DNA from: Planctomycetota bacterium
Lineage (GTDB): Bacteria > Planctomycetota > UBA8108 > SXIK01
Direction of reading: 5' to 3'
Assembly: GCA_965223845.1 (NCBI GenBank)
Contig: CBDCXR010000004.1
Coordinates: forward strand, 6,784,001 to 6,848,000
DNA: 64,000 nucleotides
Part shown: positions 1 through 9,537 of the stretch, piece after piece
Layout of the letters: the number at the start of each line of letters is the position of its first letter
How positions within the stretch are numbered: the stretch's first letter is position 1
Program-made: the position numbers and the translations under genes
The notes under the pieces: model-generated
What the model saw: the letters and a program-made list of their open reading frames with translations, nothing else
The model's database searches: none
What the model was told of the DNA's origin: nothing

Positions 1-108
1 GCGCAGCTTCTCGTTCGCGGCGTACGCGCGCGAGATCCCGGCGAATCCGAGTCCTACGGCCGCGGCGCCTGACGTTTGGATGAACCGTCGACGGTTGAGC
101 TTATCCAT
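1..108 (-). CDS. 5' end of a Tat-exported protein, probably a Gfo/Idh/MocA oxidoreductase (runs off window)
   Basis: Manual translation from ATG at 108 gives MDKLNRRRFIQTSGAAAVGLGFAGISRAYAANEKLR, a twin-arginine signal followed by the ANEKLR start typical of Gfo/Idh/MocA proteins. GGAGG SD lies upstream. Not in the ORF track. Confidence 0.7.
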   Translation of the reverse strand, partial: MDKLNRRRFIQTSGAAAVGLGFAGISRAYAANEKLR

Positions 109-343
109 CGCTTCCTCCGGGACTTAAACTCGGTCCGTCCTCGGACCGATCGTGCTGCAACTTCGTACCCCGACAGACCTTATCCGATTCGCCGGAACCC
201 GCCAAACAGCAATCGCGCACTCCGCGCTCCGCACCGGATCGGGTGCACGGACCGGCCCGGGCGCGACGAGCCCCCCGCTCGTGCCTTAAACGACTTTGCG
301 GGAAGACCTTGGGGCGATGTTCCCCGGCGCTTGACGTCTTGTC

Positions 344-1144
344 TTAAGGTGCGTTCGCGACGGGATTCGTCAGGGTGCCGATCCGCTCGATCTCGATGGA
401 GACGCTGTCGCCGTCCCGAAGAAAAAGCGGCGGCTTGCGCGCGAATCCTACGCCCTGCGGAGTTCCGGTGAGGATCACCGTCCCCGGTAGGAGCGTCGTC
501 CCCTGGCTGAGGAAGGCGATCAGTGTCGGTACGTCGAAGATCATGTCCGAGGTCGTCCAGTCCTGGACGGTTTCGCCGTTCAGTACCGTCTTGATCCCGA
601 GCGCGTTCGGATCGGGGATCTCGTCGGTCGTCACGAGGTCCGGCCCTAGTGGACAGAACGTGTCGAACGTCTTCCCCCGGCACCACTGACTTCCGCCCTT
701 TTTGATCTGCCAATCGCGCCCCGAAACATCGTTCGCGCAGGTGTATCCGAGGACGCACCCGAGCGCGTCCTCGCGCGAGACGTTCTTCGCTTCCCGTCCG
801 ATGACGACTGCCAGCTCACACTCGTAGTCGACGGCGTCGCGCTCGACGGCGGGAAGCTCGATCGGATCGCCGGGATTCTGCACCGCGTTCGGCCCTTTGA
901 TGAAGAGAACGGGATACTCGGGCGGAGCGAGTCCCGACTCCTCCGCGTGCTTCCTGTAGTTGAGACCGATGCAGAGGACGATGCGCGGCTCGATCGGCGC
1001 GAGAAGCTTGTCGATCGGGACGACGTCGTCCGTGACGCGGTGCTCTCCGAAGAGATCTCCATCGATTCGCGCGGCCTTCGTCGCGTCGATGCGCTTTCCC
1101 CACTCCACCGCGCCGTCCGGCGTGCGAAATCGAACGATGTGCAT
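344..1144 (-). CDS. Fumarylacetoacetate hydrolase (FAH) family protein
   Basis: Motifs CIGLNYRKHA, DYECELAVVIG, GYTCANDVSGRD, GKTFDTFCPLGP and ILTGTPQGVG. Start moved to MHIVRF (1144). Confidence 0.92.
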   Translation of the reverse strand: MHIVRFRTPDGAVEWGKRIDATKAARIDGDLFGEHRVTDDVVPIDKLLAPIEPRIVLCIGLNYRKHAEESGLAPPEYPVLFIKGPNAVQNPGDPIELPAVERDAVDYECELAVVIGREAKNVSREDALGCVLGYTCANDVSGRDWQIKKGGSQWCRGKTFDTFCPLGPDLVTTDEIPDPNALGIKTVLNGETVQDWTTSDMIFDVPTLIAFLSQGTTLLPGTVILTGTPQGVGFARKPPLFLRDGDSVSIEIERIGTLTNPVANAP

Positions 1145-1573
1145 GATCTGAGTGCTCCTCGGAACCCGCGCGAGCCGGCCGGGCGGTGGAGAAACCCGAT
1201 TTTCTCCCGCGGCCGCCGCGCCGATGGGGGCGTTATCCCCGACGCTGCGAAAAACGGCGAGCAAAAACAGCGAAGAGAGCGCTGTCAGTGGCGTTTTCGA
1301 GCCGTGTCGCCACGCGGAGCATATTCGACCGTACGCGAGCGTTGGCGACGCGGGTCAAAACCCGCTGGCGGCGTGCTGCTCGCCGAGCGAAAGCGCTTTT
1401 TGCCGCCGGGCGCTTGCAACGTCGGGATCATCTTCACCGCCCTCTCAGCACGCCGCAAGAGGATCGTCGCGCTGCGCGGCTTGACACTCGGATCGAAACA
1501 TGCTCCGTAGGCATCGTCGCGTCCCGGGATTTGTATCCCGTTCCCGTTCCCGTTCCCCACAAACCAAGCGCTC

Positions 1574-2071
1574 GTGAAGATCTACCTCGCCGCGGATCAC
1601 GCCGGCTACCAGCTCAAGAAGTCGCTCCACTCCCATCTCAAGAAAAAGGGCTTCGAGGTCGAGGACCTCGGCACCGATTCCGAGTCCGTGCCGACGGACT
1701 ACCCCGATTTCGCGGCGAAGGTCTGCGAATCGGTGCGTGCAGATCCGGGTCCCGACGCGCGCGGGATCATCGTCTGCGGGAGCGGGGTCGGTGCGAGCGT
1801 CGCCGCGAACAAGTTTCCCGGGATCCGGGCCGCGGTCTGTCACGACGCCTACTCCGCGCACCAAGGCGTCGAGCACGACGACATGAACGTTCTCTGCTTG
1901 GGCGGCCGGATCATCGGCGTCGAGCCGGCGAAGGAGATCGCCGAGCAGTTTCTCGGCGCGCGCTATACCGGCGAGGAGCGACACCGCCGTCGCCTCGGGA
2001 AGATCAGTGCGATCGAGGGGCGCTTCCTCCGCGACCGGTCGGCGGCGAATTCCTCCGACGAGGAGGAATAG
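1574..2071 (+). CDS. rpiB: Ribose-5-phosphate isomerase B (RpiB/LacA/LacB family)
   Basis: Motifs AADHAG, DYPD, CGSGVGASVAANKFPGIRAA, HDDMNVL and RHRRR. Confidence 0.9.
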   Translation: MKIYLAADHAGYQLKKSLHSHLKKKGFEVEDLGTDSESVPTDYPDFAAKVCESVRADPGPDARGIIVCGSGVGASVAANKFPGIRAAVCHDAYSAHQGVEHDDMNVLCLGGRIIGVEPAKEIAEQFLGARYTGEERHRRRLGKISAIEGRFLRDRSAANSSDEEE

Positions 2072-2073
2072 AG

Positions 2074-2529
2074 ATGCCGGAGGGCGTCTCGTTCTGGGAG
2101 TTCATCCGTGCGAGTGAGCTTCGCTTCTACCAGCAGCGCGACCTCGGGCTCGACCTCTATTCGACGGGGTTTCCCGGAGTCGCGCTCTTCGCGCTCGCGG
2201 TCGCCTCGGTGCTCATTTTTCTCCTCGCGATTTTCCACGTCATCCCGGTCAAGCGTCACGTCGTCGCGCTCCTTCTCGGAATCGGGATCGCGGCGGGATC
2301 GACGGGTTTTCTCACGAGCTACTGGAACGCGACGCGCTTCGCGACGCTCGAATCGTCAGTAGTTCCGGCCGCGGGTGCCGCCCCGGCAAACGACGCGCAG
2401 CTCGCCGCGGTCCTCGCCCTTCCGCTCGTCGTCGGCGGGCTCACGCTCGTCGCCGACATCCTCGGGTGCGTCTACATGGCACTCTTCTGGAGCTCGAGCG
2501 CGATTTCGAAGCGAGCGCGGAAGGCTTGA
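2074..2529 (+). CDS. Hypothetical membrane protein (about 3 TM segments)
   Basis: ATG lies 2 nt after the rpiB stop with GAGGAGG upstream. Protein begins MPEGVSFWEF and has three hydrophobic stretches. Confidence 0.7.
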   Translation: MPEGVSFWEFIRASELRFYQQRDLGLDLYSTGFPGVALFALAVASVLIFLLAIFHVIPVKRHVVALLLGIGIAAGSTGFLTSYWNATRFATLESSVVPAAGAAPANDAQLAAVLALPLVVGGLTLVADILGCVYMALFWSSSAISKRARKA

Positions 2530-2579
2530 AGTGTGGCCGCAGAACGAGCCGCAGGCTCGCTCGCCCGAGTGAAGCCTAG

Positions 2580-3371
2580 TCAGCGCTTGATCGGGGTCAT
2601 GAACTCCGAGAGCGATGGAAGCGTCTCGTTCGCTTTCCCGAAGATCGTGATGCTCGGCGCGGAGTCGACCTCCATCGCAGCGATGTCGAGTGACTCCCAC
2701 GGCGGGTCGCACTCCATCACTCCGCCGGCCTCTCGGGCGATCAAGAGACCGGCCGCGATGTCCCAGACGTGCGCTTGGCAGAAGCACGCGGCAAACGTCC
2801 CTGTCGCGAGGTAAGCCGCGTTCACGACGAGACTCCCGAGGATGCGCTGCTTCGCCGGAACCGTGAGCTGATAGAGACGATGGCAGCTCGATGTCGTGGT
2901 GATGCTGCAGAGCTTCGAGTACTCGGTCACGCGCGAAGTTTCGATGGCGTGGCCGTTCATCGTCGCCCCTTCGCCGCGCTTCGCGTGAAACATCTCGTCG
3001 AGCGCGGGAAAGTAGATCCAGCCCTCCACGGGTCCTTCCGCATCGCACAGGGCGAGTGTCGGCCCCCAGTAGGCGACGCCCTGCGTGAAGTTCGTCGTTC
3101 CGTCGATCGGGTCGAGGAGCCAGTAGCGGGACGGATCGCGGCGCACGTTCCCGTGCTCCTCGCCGAGGAAGCTGTCCTCCGGGAACCGATCGGAGATGAA
3201 CGCGTAGATGCGGCGCTCGCTCTCGACGTCGTACTCGGTGACCACCGACTTGCCGTAGCCGGTGTCGTCCTTCACCTGGATCTCCGACTGCTGGAGGCTT
3301 CGGTAGCCCTCGAGTTGATACGCTCCGATCTCGCGCAGGAGGTTTTCGATGTCTTGCCGATTCTGGTCCAT
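2580..3371 (-). CDS. Inositol monophosphatase family protein
   Basis: Motifs VTEYD, LGEE, WLLDPIDGTTNF and WDIAAGLLIAREAGG. Confidence 0.9.
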   Translation of the reverse strand: MDQNRQDIENLLREIGAYQLEGYRSLQQSEIQVKDDTGYGKSVVTEYDVESERRIYAFISDRFPEDSFLGEEHGNVRRDPSRYWLLDPIDGTTNFTQGVAYWGPTLALCDAEGPVEGWIYFPALDEMFHAKRGEGATMNGHAIETSRVTEYSKLCSITTTSSCHRLYQLTVPAKQRILGSLVVNAAYLATGTFAACFCQAHVWDIAAGLLIAREAGGVMECDPPWESLDIAAMEVDSAPSITIFGKANETLPSLSEFMTPIKR

Positions 3372-3397
3372 GCGAACTTCCTAGGATGATCGTCCGG

Positions 3398-5272
3398 TCA
3401 TTTGTATTGGAGCTCGTGGAGTCTGGCGTAGACGCCCCCGCGGCGGATGAGCTCCTCGTGGCTCCCCTGCTCGCGAATCTCGCCCTTGTGAACGACGAGG
3501 ATGCGATTCGCCCGGCGAATCGTCGACAGGCGGTGCGCGATGACGAGCGAAGTGCGGCCGGCGAGCACGCGCTCGAGGGCCTTCTGAATGAGAACCTCTG
3601 TTTCTGTATCGACGTGTGCGGTCGCTTCGTCGAGCACCAAGAAGTCGGGGTCGTGCGCGAGCACGCGCGCGAAGGCGAGAAGCTGCTTCTCGCCGACGGA
3701 CAGCGAGCCGCCTCGCTCGGTCAAAACGTGGTCGTAACCGGCGTCGAGCCGGCCGACCATCCGATCGGCCGCGACGTTTCGCACCGCTTCGGCGATCGCA
3801 TCGTCCGAGATGTCCTCGCGACCGAGCCGGATGTTATCGGCGATCGACCGCGTGAAGAGGAACACGTCTTGAAGGACGATGCCGATTCGAGCTCGAAGCT
3901 CGCGCTTGTCGTAGGCGCGCACGTCGACCCCGTCGACCTCGACGCTCCCTTGGCGAACGTCGTAGAGCCGGCTCATGAGATTGATGAGGGTGCTCTTTCC
4001 GCTGCCGGTCGCACCGACGATCGCGACGACCTCGCCCGGGTTCACGGTGAAGTTGATGTCGCGAAGGACGTACTCTTCGTCCTGATAGGCGAACCACACA
4101 TTGCGGAACTCGACTTTGCCGCGAAGGCGCGGAGCGCGAGCATCCTCGGACGCACGGATGGGGACGGACGCGGACTCCGAACCGGGGGGCGCTTCTAGGC
4201 GCGCCATCCCCGGTTCGGTATCGAGGATCTTGAACACGCGCTCCGCGGCCGCCATCGCCGATTGCAAAATGTTGTACCGCTCCGCCATGTCGCGAATCGG
4301 CTGGAAGAACCGTCCGAGGAAGATCCAGAAGTAGTAGAAATCGCCGTAGGACACCTCGCCGCTCACGATCATTCGGGCGCCGAACCAGATGATCGCGACG
4401 AGTGCGAGATTGCTGAGAACCTCGACCGCCGGGAAATAGAGCGCGTAGGCGAGCACCGTGCGGAGGAATGCGCGCAGGTAGCGGTGATTGATCGATTCGA
4501 AGTGCCGTAGATTCTCGAGCTCTCGGTGGTAGAGCTGAATCACGCTCATCCCCTGGATCGATTCCTGCGTGAACGCGTTCAGGTGCGAGAGATGTCGGCG
4601 CTGCTCGCGGTAGAACCGCCGCGCCTTCTGACGGAAGATAAACGTCGCGGCGAGAAGGAACGGAAGCGCGGAGAGAGTGACGAGCGCGAGCTCGAAGTTC
4701 ATGGCGAGGAGTGCGGCGGCGATTCCGATGAGGACGAGAACGTCGGCGATGAACGTCACGACGCCGCTCGCGAAGACTTCGTTCAGTGCTTCGATGTCGC
4801 TCGTGATGCGCGTCACGAGCCGGCCGACGGGATTCCGGTCGTAGAAGGCGAGCGGGAGTTTCTGAAGGTGCGAAAAGAGCCGCATCCGAAGATCGAACAT
4901 CACGCGCTGCCCGACTTGCGCCATCAGGTAGACCTGTGCGAAGCGGAGCGCGGCGAGCACCACCGTCACGCCGACGAACACTCCGGCGAGGACACCGAGC
5001 GAGCCGAGCGCATCGCGGTCGAGCTCACCGGTCTGCCGATAGTGAACGGCGCCGCTCGAGATCGGACCGTCGATCGCGAGCTTCCCGATGTAGGGCCCGA
5101 CGAGCCCGAGCAGAGTCACCAGAAGGATCGTGACGAGCGCGATTCCCGTGCGAACGCGATACGGCCTCGCATACCCGAGCAGACGGCCGAGGAGGTGGCG
5201 GTCGAAGGCCTTGCCGACGATGACTTCGTCTTGAAAAGCGTCGCTCGCGACGCGGGACGGGCGCGCCATCAC
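3398..5272 (-). CDS. ABC exporter TMD+NBD half-transporter (consensus-site subunit of heterodimer)
   Basis: N-terminal TM domain, Walker A GATGSGKS, signature LSVGEKQ, Walker B VLDEATA and IAHRLST. Overlaps the partner gene at ATGA/GTGA. Confidence 0.93.
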   Translation of the reverse strand: MMARPSRVASDAFQDEVIVGKAFDRHLLGRLLGYARPYRVRTGIALVTILLVTLLGLVGPYIGKLAIDGPISSGAVHYRQTGELDRDALGSLGVLAGVFVGVTVVLAALRFAQVYLMAQVGQRVMFDLRMRLFSHLQKLPLAFYDRNPVGRLVTRITSDIEALNEVFASGVVTFIADVLVLIGIAAALLAMNFELALVTLSALPFLLAATFIFRQKARRFYREQRRHLSHLNAFTQESIQGMSVIQLYHRELENLRHFESINHRYLRAFLRTVLAYALYFPAVEVLSNLALVAIIWFGARMIVSGEVSYGDFYYFWIFLGRFFQPIRDMAERYNILQSAMAAAERVFKILDTEPGMARLEAPPGSESASVPIRASEDARAPRLRGKVEFRNVWFAYQDEEYVLRDINFTVNPGEVVAIVGATGSGKSTLINLMSRLYDVRQGSVEVDGVDVRAYDKRELRARIGIVLQDVFLFTRSIADNIRLGREDISDDAIAEAVRNVAADRMVGRLDAGYDHVLTERGGSLSVGEKQLLAFARVLAHDPDFLVLDEATAHVDTETEVLIQKALERVLAGRTSLVIAHRLSTIRRANRILVVHKGEIREQGSHEELIRRGGVYARLHELQYK

Positions 5273-7014
5273 ATGCTCTCCAGCTCGTCGGAGATGCGCT
5301 GCAGGCGATGGAGCTCGGCGTAGAGGCCATCGTTTTGGATGAGCTCAGCGTGTGTTCCGTGCTCCGTGATGCGTCCCTCTTCGAGGACGTAGATCCGATC
5401 CGCCGACTGAATGCTCGAGATGCGGTGCGAGACGACGATCGTCGTCAAGTTCTCCGTGTGACGCCCCAGGTTCGCGAGAATCTCGTCTTCGGTTTCCGTG
5501 TCGACCGCCGAGAACGCGTCATCGAGGATGAGGACGCGCGGCGACGCGAGGAGGGCTCGCGCGATCGCCGTCCGCTGGCGCTGCCCGCCCGATAGGGTCA
5601 CTCCGCGCTCCCCGACCAGCTCCTCGTATCCGCGCGGGAACTGGTCGACGTCCTTGTCGATCCGCGTGACTTCGGCCGCCTCGAGAACACGCGGATCGTC
5701 GGCGTTTCCCGAAGCGAACGCGATGTTCTCCGCGATGGTCCGCGAGAAGAGGAAGCTCTCCTGCTGCACGAACCCGACCGTTTCGCGAAGGTCCTTGAGT
5801 GAGAGCTGATTGACGTCGATGCCGTCGAGAAACACCGTGCCGTCGGGTACGGGATAGAGGCGCGCGAGGAGTCCGATGAGCGTCGACTTCCCCGCACCCG
5901 TGCGTCCGACGATCGCGATCGTCTCGCCCGGTCGAGCTTCGAGGGCGACATCGTGGAGGACCTCCGTCGCGCCGTAGGAGAAGCTGAGCCCGCGGATCTC
6001 GACGTGTCCGGCGAATCCCCCGCCCGGTTTCGTCCGCGGTGCGTCCGGCGACCGAACGTTCGGTTTGAGTGCGAAGAGCTCCCGGATGCGCTCTACGCTC
6101 GCGGCGCCGCGCTGAAACTGGTTCACCACCCAGCCGACGGCGAGCATCGGCCAGAGGAAGACGAGGAGATAACCGGTGAACTTGACGAGCTCGGCGAGAC
6201 TGATCTCCGCCGTGAGGACGAGCCAGCCGCCGACGAAGAGAATGAACACCTGCCCGAGATCGCCGATCGCTCCGATCACGGGATGCATCCACGCCGAGTA
6301 GCTCGCCGCTTTTTGGTTCTCCTTCGCGTATCGCTCCGCCGTTTTCTCGAAGCGCGCGCGCTCGCTCGGCTCCTGAGCGAAGGCCTTGACGACGCGAACG
6401 CCGGCGAAGTCCTCCTGCGCGTGAGAGCTGAGCTCGGCGAGCGTCTGACTCGCCTTGTACATCTGCCGGTGGACGAGGGGCCCGATGATCCGAACCGACA
6501 CCGTCATGAGGACGAGCGGGACCATCACCATCGCGGTGAGGATCGGATCGACCTGGAGCATGAGCGGGATGCCCCCGACGAAGAGGCAGAGCGTCTGGAT
6601 CGAGTACATCACCACCGGTCCGATGATGAGGCGCGAGCGGTCGACGTCCGCCGACATCCGCGCCATCAGATCACCCGTGCGCGCGTGGTCGTAGTGAACC
6701 TTGTCGAGGCTCTGCAAGTGGCTGAAGAGCGCGTTGCGGAGATCGAACTCGGCGCGGCGCGACGCGCCGATGATGAACTGGCGGGTGAAGAAGAGCGTGA
6801 TCCCGCGTACCGCGGTTACGCCCAGGATCCAGACGAGGATCTCGGCGATCTCCACCATCGGTGCGTCGCTCGTCTCGAGGACGTGGATCGCCTCGCCCGT
6901 AAAGTACGGGATCGCGAGCATCGCGGCGATCGAGACCGGGACGAGCAGGCCGCCGAGCAGGTAGGCACGGAGGTGAGGGCGGCAGAAGCGAGAGAGGAAC
7001 CGGAGGATCGGCAT
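5269..7014 (-). CDS. ABC exporter TMD+NBD half-transporter (degenerate Walker B subunit, YheI/TM287-like)
   Basis: GRTGAGKS, LSGGQRQ and ILDDAFSAVD (Asp instead of the catalytic Glu). Forms a heterodimeric pair with 3398-5272. Confidence 0.93.
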   Translation of the reverse strand: MPILRFLSRFCRPHLRAYLLGGLLVPVSIAAMLAIPYFTGEAIHVLETSDAPMVEIAEILVWILGVTAVRGITLFFTRQFIIGASRRAEFDLRNALFSHLQSLDKVHYDHARTGDLMARMSADVDRSRLIIGPVVMYSIQTLCLFVGGIPLMLQVDPILTAMVMVPLVLMTVSVRIIGPLVHRQMYKASQTLAELSSHAQEDFAGVRVVKAFAQEPSERARFEKTAERYAKENQKAASYSAWMHPVIGAIGDLGQVFILFVGGWLVLTAEISLAELVKFTGYLLVFLWPMLAVGWVVNQFQRGAASVERIRELFALKPNVRSPDAPRTKPGGGFAGHVEIRGLSFSYGATEVLHDVALEARPGETIAIVGRTGAGKSTLIGLLARLYPVPDGTVFLDGIDVNQLSLKDLRETVGFVQQESFLFSRTIAENIAFASGNADDPRVLEAAEVTRIDKDVDQFPRGYEELVGERGVTLSGGQRQRTAIARALLASPRVLILDDAFSAVDTETEDEILANLGRHTENLTTIVVSHRISSIQSADRIYVLEEGRITEHGTHAELIQNDGLYAELHRLQRISDELESM

Positions 7015-7357
7015 CGACGAGAGCGCGGTTGGGTTCGGTGGAAGTCCGGGGGTGGGCGACGATCGTCCTCGAGGCCGACCGAGTCGGGCTTCGTCCGCGG
7101 CCGTTTGCGGGTCGAGCGACGCTGTTCGGGTGGCCGGGTAGGCTCGACGGAGGCCGGATTCTAACTCGGGCCCGGTGGAGATTCGACTCCGCCGCTCGGC
7201 CGCTCGAACTCGTGTCGCGGGCGGGAGAAGAACCGGCGCGGTCGGCCCTCGGCGGGTGATGTTCAGCGCGCCCGCGCGCCCGCGATGACCCCGTTTTCTC
7301 CGGCCTTGGGGACGCCGCCGGGGCGGCGATTTCGTCGGGACGCGATCCTTCCCGGTG

Positions 7358-7366
7358 TGTTAGGAT
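7358..7366 (+). promoter_or_regulatory. Possible extended -10 promoter (TGTTAGGAT) for the cohesin/dockerin gene
   Basis: TG-n-TAGGAT in the divergent intergenic region. Confidence 0.35.
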
Positions 7367-7557
7367 CGATAGCTCTTGTGCCGACTCGGAGGCGGGCTCC
7401 GCATCCGGGTTCGACGGGTCGAGGGTTGTTTCTCCTGCCGAACTGACGAAGGCGGCCGCTTCCGGCCGCGGGCTCGCGAGATTCCGGGGCGCGACTCGGT
7501 GCGCCCTTGAAGTTCGGGCTCAGCCCATCGGTGGTTTTCTTGTTTCTCGAGGTTCCC

Positions 7558-8892
7558 ATGTCGAACGTCGTTCGATCGTTCTCCTGGGCGGCGCTTGTGG
7601 GTTGTTTCTTCTCGGCGGTCTCCGTCGAGGGCGCGAATCGCTTCTACGTCGAGGATCAAACCCTCCTCACCGGTTCGACGGACAACGTGATCCCGATCCT
7701 CGTCGACCTCGACGAGGATGCGTACGCACTCTCCGTCTATGTCGAATTCAACTCGAGCCTGCTCACCGTGACTGCGGTCGAGCTCGGGAGTGACGTCACG
7801 GGCCTCGATCCGGAGTACGAGAATGGAATTCTCTCGAACAACCCGGGACAGGTGACGCACGGCTTTCTCTTCGATCTGAGCGATCCGATCACGAAGCATC
7901 TTCAGGCCGGCGTCGGCCGTGAGGTCCTCCGTCTCGTCGTCGATGTCGACGCGAGCTCGAGCACGACGACGACGATCGATTTCAAGAACGTGAACGGTGC
8001 GCCGAATCGCTTGAATGTCCTGGCCGACGTCAACGGCGATCCCATCTCGCCCACACCGACGCTCGACGACGGTCTCCTCACGCTCTCCGATCTGAAGCCG
8101 ATCATCGACACGATCAGCCCCGCGACCGGCGAGCCGGACGACCTCATCACGATCTCGGGTCAGAACTTCGATCAGGCCGACCTCACCGTCTCGATCGGCG
8201 GTCGCAACGCCGAATTCACCCCCGCGGGGAACGACCTCGTGGTGACCGTTCCGGCGTGTCCGACAGCCGACGCGATCGGGCCCGCCGACGTCGAGGTTTG
8301 CACCGTGCGCGGCTGCACCGTTGAGACGAACGGGTTCAACTACGAGAGCTGCGGCCCGGTTCCGCCGCTCATTCAGCTCCTCGTCAACAACTCCGGAATG
8401 GCGGGCAAGGACTTCTTCGTCTCCGGCCTCAACTTCGACGAGAACGGGCTCGTCGTCCGCGTCTGCGGCGTCGTCGCCGACTTCGAGCTGAGCGGAGCCG
8501 ACCTCGTCGTCACGGCACCCGAGTGCGCGACGGAGGGATGGGCGGAGATCGAGATCTGCACGGACATCGGCTGCGACTCCGAACCGCAGGGATTCTTCTA
8601 TGAGCCGAAGGCCGTCCCCGGTCAGTTCCTCCGCGGCGACGTCAATCACGACGGCGGCGTCGACGTCTCCGACCCCATCGCGTTCCTGAACGAGCTCTTC
8701 GTCGGAATCGACGCGCTCGCTCCGTGTCAGGACGCGCGTGACTTCAACGACGACGGCGGCCTCGACATCTCGGACGGAATCTACGGCCTCCAGTTCCTCT
8801 TCGGCCCCGGCCCGGCGATTCCCGAGCCGTACCCGAATGCCGGCGTCGATCCGACGCCGGACGATCTGGACGATTGTCCCGAGGACGTCTGA
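7558..8892 (+). CDS. Secreted protein: cohesin-like domain + 2 IPT/TIG domains + C-terminal dockerin-like domain
   Basis: Signal peptide ending VEGA. Beta-rich domain VIPILVDLDEDAYALSVYVEFNSSLLTV...DGLLTL resembles a cohesin. Two repeats of the form P.I....P......ITISGQNF are TIG-like. Paired EF-hand dockerin FLRGDVNHDGGVDVSD / DFNDDGGLDISD. Confidence 0.8.
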   Translation: MSNVVRSFSWAALVGCFFSAVSVEGANRFYVEDQTLLTGSTDNVIPILVDLDEDAYALSVYVEFNSSLLTVTAVELGSDVTGLDPEYENGILSNNPGQVTHGFLFDLSDPITKHLQAGVGREVLRLVVDVDASSSTTTTIDFKNVNGAPNRLNVLADVNGDPISPTPTLDDGLLTLSDLKPIIDTISPATGEPDDLITISGQNFDQADLTVSIGGRNAEFTPAGNDLVVTVPACPTADAIGPADVEVCTVRGCTVETNGFNYESCGPVPPLIQLLVNNSGMAGKDFFVSGLNFDENGLVVRVCGVVADFELSGADLVVTAPECATEGWAEIEICTDIGCDSEPQGFFYEPKAVPGQFLRGDVNHDGGVDVSDPIAFLNELFVGIDALAPCQDARDFNDDGGLDISDGIYGLQFLFGPGPAIPEPYPNAGVDPTPDDLDDCPEDV

Positions 8893-8929
8893 TTGCGAGG
8901 CGCGTCGCGGCGCCTCATGAACGACAGCG

Positions 8930-8966
8930 AGCGGGCCGGCGTTTCGTGCTGAAACGTCGGCCCGCT
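8930..8966. terminator. Hairpin between convergent genes, probable terminator
   Basis: GCGGGCCGGCGTTTC (8931-8945) pairs with GAAACGTCGGCCCGC (8951-8965). The U-tract is weak. Confidence 0.5.
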
Positions 8967-9078
8967 TCGTGTAGTCGCCCGCGGAGTCCTCGTGTCGCTG
9001 GCGAGAGCTCGCCGACGGACGTCCAGTCCTCGCTCTCAGTCAGAGTTCCGACCGAATGTTGATCGGTTCTTCATCGGA

Positions 9079-9471
9079 CTATTTGACGATTTCGGCTGCG
9101 CGTCCGTTCCGAAAGACCACCTTGAACGCCACCGTCTCGTCCGAACCGAACTGAGTCCGATTGCTGAACCGTAGCGTGATTACGATCTTGTCGCTGGGAT
9201 TCTGGCGTTGAGAGAAGATCACGTCGGGTGGGAACACCCCCGCCGGCGCATCTCTCAGCTCGTACACGAACGCCCCCGCGGCATGATAGGCTTCGTCGGG
9301 GTACATCCCGATGAGTACCCTGCCTTCGAGGATCGCCTGCTTGACCTCCGGCGAAATGTCCGGCCTCGAATCGACGTACTGCTGAGCAGCCTCGATCCGT
9401 TTCTCCTCTTCTGACTGACAACTCACGAGTGCAGCGAGATTCATCAGGAGGAGGATGCTCCGATGCCTCAT
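9079..9471 (-). CDS. Hypothetical lipoprotein
   Basis: MRHRSILLLMNLAALVSC gives a lipobox-like Cys. The ILEGRVLIGM segment recalls SmpA/OmlA-like small lipoproteins. Confidence 0.7.
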   Translation of the reverse strand: MRHRSILLLMNLAALVSCQSEEEKRIEAAQQYVDSRPDISPEVKQAILEGRVLIGMYPDEAYHAAGAFVYELRDAPAGVFPPDVIFSQRQNPSDKIVITLRFSNRTQFGSDETVAFKVVFRNGRAAEIVK

Positions 9472-9537
9472 GATCGCCTCGGGGTCTCGGTGTGGCCGTG
9501 CGCTCATCCGGCGCTTCGACGATCGCGCGTTCGGTGA

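Noticed and set aside
1481-1557. TTGACA plus a (TCCCGT)3 microrepeat upstream of rpiB as a phase-variable promoter
   Set aside because: There is no -10 at 16-18 nt spacing and only three units, which is too weak to call.
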